Below are positions 18,240 through 26,590 of a DNA stretch of 45,788 nt, piece after piece. A model generated the notes under the pieces. The model was not told the origin of the DNA. It was given only the letters and a program-made list of their open reading frames with translations, and did no database searches. Numbering within the stretch: the stretch's first letter is position 1; each line of letters begins with the position of its first letter. A program made the translations under genes and the position numbers. The DNA comes from Candidatus Doudnabacteria bacterium (GTDB lineage Bacteria > Patescibacteriota > Doudnabacteria > UBA920 > O2-02-FULL-48-8). The stretch is taken from NCBI GenBank assembly GCA_016186915.1, contig JACPKU010000007.1, positions 1 to 45,788 on the forward strand. The letters run 5' to 3'.

Positions 18240-18334
18240 GCTGTCCTCCTTTTTTGCTCGGGTTTGCTCGGGCGAGCGATATTTCGGGCACACTGGTCGC
18301 ACACCTTGTCCTCCATAACTTCTCTGGAACCATT

Positions 18335-18379
18335 CCCTCCCAGAAAATTCCAATTGCTTGAAATGCTCTGGGAGAGAAA
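18335..18379. repeat. 45-bp imperfect palindrome at a cassette boundary; second copy at 20732-20776
   Basis: CCCTCCCAGAAAATTCCAATTGCTTGAAATG(C/T)TCTGGGAGAGAAA, 44/45 identical. Confidence 0.9.
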
Positions 18380-18432
18380 AAGAATTGATTTGATTTTTAA
18401 ATAACAATAAATTATACTAAGATTACTAACTT

Positions 18433-18690
18433 ATGAAAAGACCGAAGATTGCTCTGAGCCACCACGCACATTATCAGATCAAGGAACGGAAACTGTCAAT
18501 TCAGAAAGTCAAAGCAGTCGTTCTTAGTCCAGACAAAGTCACAAAGCAACCTGACAACCGCTTCTTGGCTTACAAACTAGTTAAACGCTCTGATAAAGAT
18601 TATCTGTTAATCGTGATTTATGAACAAACCAACTCAAGGCTTAAAATCGTGACCACATTCTTAACCTCTAAACTTCGTAAATATTTATGA
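18433..18690 (+). CDS. DUF4258-like (RelE-fold) putative toxin
   Basis: LSHHA..QIKERKLS...V..V..SPD...LLIVIYE....KIVTTF. Confidence 0.75.
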   Translation: MKRPKIALSHHAHYQIKERKLSIQKVKAVVLSPDKVTKQPDNRFLAYKLVKRSDKDYLLIVIYEQTNSRLKIVTTFLTSKLRKYL

Positions 18691-18902
18691 AATTCCATTA
18701 CGATAAAAAAATTGACGCTCTCTCTATCCGTTTCAATGACAAACGGTATGTTGAGTCTGACCAGGTTTCGGATGACATCATCTTTGATTATGACAAGCAA
18801 GGACATATCATCGGGATAGAAGTGCTTAATGCTTCCAAACGCTTCCCCAAAGAATTTCACAAACAACTTCATAATAAGCTAATTCCAGTCCAAACCGTCT
18901 AA
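18687..18902 (+). CDS. DUF2283-family protein (putative antitoxin)
   Basis: MKFHYDKKIDALSIRF...DDIIFDYDKQGHIIGIEVLNASK; ATGA overlap with the upstream gene. Confidence 0.85.
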   Translation: MKFHYDKKIDALSIRFNDKRYVESDQVSDDIIFDYDKQGHIIGIEVLNASKRFPKEFHKQLHNKLIPVQTV

Positions 18903-18982
18903 GCAAGGCGCCTGCCCGCCAAAGCTCGAAGAGCAAAGGCGGGGTTTTAATTTATCAAAGAACTTTCCCTTCCTCTACGCTC

Positions 18983-19012
18983 CACTTATAATACGTTAAC
19001 GTATTATAAGTG
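18983..19012. repeat. Perfect 30-bp palindrome; degenerate copy at 17819-17846
   Basis: CACTTATAATACGTTAACGTATTATAAGTG vs CACTTCAATACGTTAAAGTATTAAAGTG. Confidence 0.85.
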
Positions 19013-19021
19013 TAGAACAAA

Positions 19022-19165
19022 GGAAGGGGCTGGACGAACGAATTGCTTGCTGTCCAGCTGCGTTGGTAGGGACTTGTGCGCGAGCAGGATGCTCGCACAG
19101 CGAGGTCACCTTTCACGATGCTTGCCGAGCGGCAGACATCGGCTGGTTTTCTGGTCCAGCAACCA
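19022..19165 (+). ncRNA. Conserved structured element, copy 2
   Basis: GCTGGAC/GTCCAGC; GACTT..CGAGC-AGGAT-GCTCG..AGGTC; CGATG-TGCC-GAGC-GGCA-CATCG. Confidence 0.7.
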
Positions 19166-19167
19166 CT

Positions 19168-19794
19168 TTAGTGCCTCCTGCTAACCACGTAGTTCACTCG
19201 CACTTGGGAACCGGCCGGCAACTTCTGGAACCACAGTTCCACACTGCCGGCCTGGTTGAACTTCACCGTTCCCGTGACGAACGGCTTATGCTCCCAAGCC
19301 TGATCCCCGAACTTGTAGGCGGCGTAGCCCGCACCCGCCTTGAACCGGCCAAAGTCGTACTCGAGCTTCGCCCGGTCGAGAACGTGCTGGATACGTGCAA
19401 TTTTGTTGATCGGCACGTACAGCAGATAGTTGGCCTGCGCGCTCACCCGCTCGGTCAGTTGGAACAGTCCGAGCACGAACGGTTGGACGTATCGCTCGGA
19501 TGTTCCCGGACTGATGGCCTGAACAAAGTAGGTCTCGGCCACCAACGCCATCCGCTTGGCAGGCGTGAGCACTCGGCCGGCACCGACATACAGCTCACGA
19601 TAAACGTCAGAGCCGAAGTCAATGTAGCCAAGATCCCAGGCCACCGTATTGCCTCGAGTCTGATAGACCTCAAGCAACCGATATGTATGGCCGTCGGAGT
19701 TGCCAGCGATGCGGAACTCCGCACTGGTTTCGGTCTGCGCGAAAAGCTGCACAGGCAGGCTGATTACAAACAGAACAACAAGGATTCTGGTCAT
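19168..19794 (-). CDS. Secreted protein resembling an outer-membrane beta-barrel, cassette 4
   Basis: GGAGG-caagc-ATG at 19794; signal peptide (..QLFA|Q); alternating hydrophobic beta-strands rich in Tyr/Gly. Confidence 0.65.
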   Translation of the reverse strand: MTRILVVLFVISLPVQLFAQTETSAEFRIAGNSDGHTYRLLEVYQTRGNTVAWDLGYIDFGSDVYRELYVGAGRVLTPAKRMALVAETYFVQAISPGTSERYVQPFVLGLFQLTERVSAQANYLLYVPINKIARIQHVLDRAKLEYDFGRFKAGAGYAAYKFGDQAWEHKPFVTGTVKFNQAGSVELWFQKLPAGSQVRVNYVVSRRH

Positions 19795-20299
19795 GCTTGC
19801 CTCCATGCGCTTTCGCGCCAAAAAAGAACGATCTAGTTGCTTCCACAATCTTGAACACTTTATTTAAGCATCAAAAATTCTGGAAACAATATTCTCCCTC
19901 ACCCCCGTCCCCTCTCCCCTGAGGGGAGAGGGGAGTTCTAATTTGTAAAAATCATTTGCACAACTCTGGGTGCTAAGAAACTTCTTGGAACTATGGTACT
20001 GAATAATTTTCCTGTTTAACTGCTAACGCCCAGAATGGTGGAAACCAGCCTTCTCCCGGACTTGATCCGGGGTTGGACTGATAAGTAAAATGTATATACA
20101 AAAGTATATACACAGATATAACTTTTTTAATGTTCGATCATATAATATTGTATTATACTTAAATACTGTAAAGTATTTAAGTTTTTCCGATCCTCTGCCC
20201 CGAACCAAATGGTTCTGGGGCAAGGGAAGGGAGAGAGACGGGATTTACTCAATCAAGAGTGTCAACCATCTCTCTTCTTCACACACAAACTTCCTCCAA

Positions 20300-20662
20300 T
20301 CATTTCTGTGATCGGCCCGCTGCTCTCGTCCTGAAGTACTGGACGAGCATGGGCAGAACAATGAGTAGTCCCAACATCCTCATCGCATTGCCGATCAAAT
20401 CGTACTCCGGCCAGAATGAGATGGTCGAACCGACAACCATCCCGACCGCGCCAGTCCAGAAAACCAGACAGGAGAACATGATCTCCGGGACTGTCGCCAG
20501 AGCGCCGCCATACCCGAGAATCGGGAGGCCGTTACTCAAAAGCTCTCCCGACCAGCCCGCAAGAAACGGGAAGTCTTGGATCACCCGTGGGTGACCCACG
20601 AAGAACCCGATGAAGACCAGCACAACGCCGAACTTCAACAAAGCCTTAGCACAGCGGTCCAT
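20300..20662 (-). CDS. Orphan multi-TM membrane protein (120 aa), cassette 5
   Basis: GAGGTG SD; three to four hydrophobic segments, basic C-terminus. Confidence 0.7.
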   Translation of the reverse strand: MDRCAKALLKFGVVLVFIGFFVGHPRVIQDFPFLAGWSGELLSNGLPILGYGGALATVPEIMFSCLVFWTGAVGMVVGSTISFWPEYDLIGNAMRMLGLLIVLPMLVQYFRTRAAGRSQK

Positions 20663-21302
20663 ACTCTATCACCTCGCGCATTATTCCCACGCCTTTGGCG
20701 GGGTCAGCGCAAAAAAGAACGATCTATTCCTCCCTCCCAGAAAATTCCAATTGCTTGAAATGTTCTGGGAGAGAAATACCTATAAATTTTTGAGCGAGGG
20801 TTGTCTGCGAAAAAAGAATCTCGGAGCTGAAACCGCTTAGTTCCTGCGGTTACAGGGAGAGCTTAGCGGCAAATTTTGCGTCCAGTAAAATTTGACCTCG
20901 TCTTTTTTCACAGACACCCGAGCGTTATTTCCACAATTCTGGGCACTGCTGTATGCAAGTGTACGGGCATAAAAAATATGGTTATCCCTCTTAAGCATAA
21001 GTTGAATGCCCAGAACAGTGGAAACAATAACGCGGGATGGCGGGCAGGTTAAACCTCACTTGTCCGCCGAAGTCCCGCAAAGCGGGACGTAGGCGGATAG
21101 AGTGCCCAACATCCGAGAAGCAAAAAATCCCTTGTTCAGGGACTATTCTAGCTCTGCTATAAGCTATCAGCTAAAAGCTATAAGCTTACGGCTTCCGTCT
21201 CCTGAACGGAAAATTATATATAGTAACCCTTCGATTTCGCTTCGCTCCGCTCAGGGATCAAATGTTGCCTGAGCTTGTCGAAGGCGATCATGTAAGGGTC
21301 TA

Positions 21303-21348
21303 TTTTCAAAGAACAGGCAAGTATATACCAAAATCGCAATCTTGTCAA
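21303..21348 (-). promoter_or_regulatory. sigma70 promoter followed by a boxA-like antiterminator, pointing into the cassette array
   Basis: On the - strand: TTGACA-17-TATACT-tgcct-GTTCTTTGAAAA. Confidence 0.75.
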
Positions 21349-21435
21349 CCCCTTTAGAGTAAATATTGGCTAATATAAGCCAATATTTATCTTTTTGATA
21401 TAATAAACCCAAGACCCCAAAGGAGGATATTCGCG

Positions 21436-22239
21436 ATGAAAAGACTGTTGCTTGTGCTGGCACTGACAGTTGGTGCCATGCAGGCACCAGTTGGACAGGA
21501 ACAAACGCCTGAACCGAACCGCATCAAGCGGGTGCCAGAAGACACGCGAGACTGGGTGAATGCCTACTTCCCGCCCGAAGTCATGGAAGTGCTTTGGCTT
21601 ACTGACTACGCTGCCTTAGACCAAGCCTATGAGAACGGCTGGCTGGTTGATATCCCGCAAAACAGCGACCCCTTGGCAGAAGCTCTGGGGATTCGATTGC
21701 AGACAGAAGGCGACTTCCCCATTGCCGAAGCAGAACCCGATCCCAAGCTTAAGGTCAAGCTCTTCCGCCTGGCCAAGCCTGGGGCAGGCTTGCTCTACTC
21801 GATCGCTGATCATGTGCGAGAGGAAGAGAGAAAAGAACGAGAAAGAAGAAAGCTCCAACCAAGGCCGTTCTTGCCCATCGGCGTTACAAGCCTGGTCAGA
21901 ACGGCAGAATACCAAGCCCGCCTGATTCCTCTCAACGCTAACGCAGATACAGAGAGTCAGGGCGTACCAGCGACCCACATAACTGGATTGGTGACTGACA
22001 TCACGCGCGCGAACATGACTACAGCGCGTGATAGAATCGTCTCTAACTATCTGATCGAGCTTAGAGACGCTGATAAGATCCTTTACTTCCGTGAAGGGGC
22101 CAAACAGGCCACCTACCACGTGATCGCACTCCTGCAAACCCGCGAATTCTTCGAGGCCGAGTATGACCGACTGCTCCTTAAGGCCCGGGAACGAATGGCC
22201 GCCGAGGCACAAGGAACAATCGAAAAGCCGAACGACTGA
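21436..22239 (+). CDS. Secreted DUF5715-like / peptidase M15 (LAS)-type Zn protein
   Basis: AAGGAGG SD, signal peptide, VTSLVRT.EYQ..L...N.NA....PATHITG...DI (H-x6-D) and TYHV; hairpin plus T-run terminator at about 22224-22260. Confidence 0.7.
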   Translation: MKRLLLVLALTVGAMQAPVGQEQTPEPNRIKRVPEDTRDWVNAYFPPEVMEVLWLTDYAALDQAYENGWLVDIPQNSDPLAEALGIRLQTEGDFPIAEAEPDPKLKVKLFRLAKPGAGLLYSIADHVREEERKERERRKLQPRPFLPIGVTSLVRTAEYQARLIPLNANADTESQGVPATHITGLVTDITRANMTTARDRIVSNYLIELRDADKILYFREGAKQATYHVIALLQTREFFEAEYDRLLLKARERMAAEAQGTIEKPND

Positions 22240-22336
22240 CTCGCTCGGCTTCTTTTTTTTACAGATTATTGAAACGAGGAATAGTTGCAAAATTAGCCTG
22301 CGCAGGACAACGGTGATTATGCAACCTATTCCTAAG

Positions 22337-24022
<1,686 letters not shown>

Positions 24023-24110
24023 CTACCTGCCTACCGGCAGGCAGGCGAATAACATCCGAATGCCACGAATGGCCTGACCCTCAAGATTCGGATCATTCGG
24101 ATCGCATATA

Positions 24111-24404
24111 TTACTGAACTATCCCGAGGATGTCCTCGTCTTTTAGAAATTTGTATTCGACCTTGCCTTTGCCATCTGGTGATTCCATTTCGACTTCGTC
24201 CCCGGCGTATTTGCCGAACAGCACTTTATCGCCAATCTGCAAATTCAACTTTTTTATTTTCTCGCCGTCGCCGATTGCCACTACTTCGCCCTGCTCTTTC
24301 TTTTCTTTTTCCGCCGTATCCGGCAGCACAATGCCCGACTTGGTCACTTCTTCCTGGGTTAAGGGCTTGACCAATACCCGGTTTCCCAATGGTTTAATAT
24401 TCAT
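24111..24404 (-). CDS. groS: Co-chaperonin GroES
   Basis: IKPLGNRVLV...TKSGIVLPDTA..GDKVLFGKYAG. Confidence 0.98.
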   Translation of the reverse strand: MNIKPLGNRVLVKPLTQEEVTKSGIVLPDTAEKEKKEQGEVVAIGDGEKIKKLNLQIGDKVLFGKYAGDEVEMESPDGKGKVEYKFLKDEDILGIVQ

Positions 24405-24518
24405 AGCTTATCTCCTCGCAAATTGAGTTAATGAAATGTCATCCTGAGTGAAACGAAGGATCTATTTGTTAGATTCTTCACTGCGTTCAGAATGACAAAA
24501 ATTATTTGACCGCCCTTT

Positions 24519-24547
24519 ATTATAATAATTTTTTTCAAGCTTGGCAA
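24519..24547 (-). promoter_or_regulatory. sigma70 promoter of groES-groEL
   Basis: TTGCCA-17-TATAAT; REP-like pair at about 24437-24497 in the leader; no CIRCE seen. Confidence 0.65.
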
Positions 24548-24550
24548 GGG

Positions 24551-25291
24551 CTAAAAATCTTTATTTTGCGCGTAAATGTAAGCCCCTGCAACTTTGACAT
24601 CAAAGCCGGCCTGCCTTAAACAATCGACTAATTGATGGTGACTACGCACACCGAAATTATGATATTCCAAGGCTATTTTTTCTATCCGTTTCAAAATCTC
24701 CGGCTTTATATTCAACAAAATATTATACTCTGCTCCCTCGCAATCGAGTTTCAAAAAATTAATTTTCTCAAGGCCGTGATCAAGCATAAATTGTTCTAAG
24801 GTCATCGTTTCAATCTCTAACTCCCCCTTGCTCCAGGGTTTTTGATACAAACTATGCCCGCCGATATTCTCAGTCAAATACATTCGATATCTGCCCGCAG
24901 TTTCCCACAAAGCCTTGGAAATGATTTCAACGTTTGAGAGCTGGTTAAGCTTTATGTTCTCCGCCAGCGCCTCTAAAAGAAATGGCACTGGTTCAAATGC
25001 AAATACTCGTCCTTTGCTCGCTTGGATAGAAGCGTAAACTGTAAAATAACCTTTGTTGGCCCCCACGTCCACCACGACATCGTGTTTTCCAATTGCAAAT
25101 ACTCGATCGTAAACCTGTCGACCCCAGATATCCAAGAGCATGGACAGTTCCGCGCGCCCCAGAGTTTGGTTTACCGCAAACTGCTGCCCCGAACGCAGAC
25201 GGAGTTGTGCTAAATTTCGAACCAACAGAATCTGTGGCCAGTTCTTAAATAATCGAATCGTCAGCCAAATGTTATATATCAATCTAAACAT
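24551..25291 (-). CDS. FkbM-family methyltransferase
   Basis: VVVDVGANKGYFT, VFAFEP, FLKLDCEGAEY..L, IALEYH. Confidence 0.93.
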   Translation of the reverse strand: MFRLIYNIWLTIRLFKNWPQILLVRNLAQLRLRSGQQFAVNQTLGRAELSMLLDIWGRQVYDRVFAIGKHDVVVDVGANKGYFTVYASIQASKGRVFAFEPVPFLLEALAENIKLNQLSNVEIISKALWETAGRYRMYLTENIGGHSLYQKPWSKGELEIETMTLEQFMLDHGLEKINFLKLDCEGAEYNILLNIKPEILKRIEKIALEYHNFGVRSHHQLVDCLRQAGFDVKVAGAYIYAQNKDF

Positions 25292-25294
25292 GGG

Positions 25295-26200
25295 TCAGGT
25301 GTTCAAGCGATTCTGGAATTCTGCCTTGAAATCTTTGCGCGGATCTAACGCATGGAGTTTTAAGATATCCTTTTCTGCGATGGTCGTGGCAGTCGGCCAA
25401 TGGTTTTCCGGCAGACTGAAAGTATGGCGAATATGAACCAAACGCGCCAACGGCTCCAGCAATTCTGCGGGCAGCCAGAAAATAATCTCCAGCGTTTTTT
25501 TTATGACTTTCAAAATAAAGCTTGGCTCTTTCAATTTCTGAAAACAGCTATCTGGCTCAAAATTCGGCAAATAATCATAAATCCACTGATTTTGTTTCAT
25601 AAATTCTAAATAATCTTCCCGGCCGTACAAGGGCAAAAAAGACGCAAACCAAAAAGCAAATAAAGGATCACTGCCCGGAATTAACACCCGCGATAAATCC
25701 TGATGTTTTTTTGTGACATAAAACCCGAAACAAAACCGATCCTTCACTTTATACTTAGTTTTGTAAAGCCCAAATAATTTGAGGATGACAATGATGATTG
25801 ATCGGGCCACATACAAGCGTCTGGGCGAGGTAATCACAAAAAAATCAATGTCCGACTTTTCGTTGGTATTATTTAGCGCCAAACTGTTGATGATAGAAAT
25901 CTGCCTCACAAACGGCAACAAGTATAATAGCCAATAAAAACGAAAAACCTTTTGCCACTGCTTGTTCACCAAAGTTAATTTCTGTTCGTATCTATCCAGA
26001 TCTGCTTGCGATAAAGCATAATACGCGCCTCGCTTAAAAATTTTTCCCTGATTGAGCAGTTGATTTAGATTATTGTTCAATTCAGACAAATTCGTCTTGG
26101 TTTGATAGAGCAATGCCAAAATTCGTTCCTTGGTGGCCGGAACTTGAAAAATGTTAAAAAAAATCAGGGTCGAAAGAATTCCCCGTTCTATTTCGGACAT
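25295..26200 (-). CDS. Nucleotidyltransferase-fold hypothetical protein (CPR-type)
   Basis: PFVR.I.I.NSLA..N....SDIDFFVIT..RL...R motif. Confidence 0.7.
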   Translation of the reverse strand: MSEIERGILSTLIFFNIFQVPATKERILALLYQTKTNLSELNNNLNQLLNQGKIFKRGAYYALSQADLDRYEQKLTLVNKQWQKVFRFYWLLYLLPFVRQISIINSLALNNTNEKSDIDFFVITSPRRLYVARSIIIVILKLFGLYKTKYKVKDRFCFGFYVTKKHQDLSRVLIPGSDPLFAFWFASFLPLYGREDYLEFMKQNQWIYDYLPNFEPDSCFQKLKEPSFILKVIKKTLEIIFWLPAELLEPLARLVHIRHTFSLPENHWPTATTIAEKDILKLHALDPRKDFKAEFQNRLNT

Positions 26201-26203
26201 ATC

Positions 26204-26551
26204 TTATACCGCAAATTGCTCGGCATCAATTTCCTGCCACTCATCGTCATCTTCGCTCCACTTATAAACCTTTAATTTGTGTGAGAATTCGGAGTCGGAA
26301 AATTTGTATTCCGTGCGGGCCGCCTGACCAGCGCGGTGAGAGTAATGAAACTTTTTATCCAAAACCACCGGTTTCGATTCGCGCGTCAACTTCATCCTGC
26401 CCATCGGGGTTTCAACAACTAAATATTCCACCAACCCTTGCTTGACCGCTCCATCAGCGGTCTCCACGATTAAATCCTCTGTCTTTTCTTCCAAGACACG
26501 GAATTTACTTTTTACGTTCTCTTTTAATTGTTCCCAGCGATCATTATCCAT
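26204..26551 (-). CDS. Conserved hypothetical protein
   Basis: 115 aa, co-oriented in the operon, normal composition. Confidence 0.7.
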   Translation of the reverse strand: MDNDRWEQLKENVKSKFRVLEEKTEDLIVETADGAVKQGLVEYLVVETPMGRMKLTRESKPVVLDKKFHYSHRAGQAARTEYKFSDSEFSHKLKVYKWSEDDDEWQEIDAEQFAV

Positions 26552-26590
26552 AAGTCTTTTAGATTGCTTCGCTAAGGCCGTCGCGGCAGC

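Noticed and set aside
19063-19836. 257-aa + strand ORF, and similar antisense ORFs at 16776-17234, 17916-18404 and 21616-22290
   Set aside because: No SD or protein-like features; long antisense frames are expected opposite GC-rich genes, and the opposite-strand ORFs have SD sites and signal/TM segments
16203-20739. Prophage or integrated RNA-phage genome
   Set aside because: No recognisable capsid, maturation, replicase, terminase or integrase ORF; units are too short and individually delimited
16203-21024. Classical integron with attC sites
   Set aside because: No intI, and the boundary hairpins lack RYYYAAC/GTTRRRY ends; kept only as an analogy
17654-21024. Hammerhead ribozymes suggested by the conserved GAAAC in the boundary hairpins
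   Set aside because: I could not find a correctly placed CUGANGA core or three-stem junction on either strand
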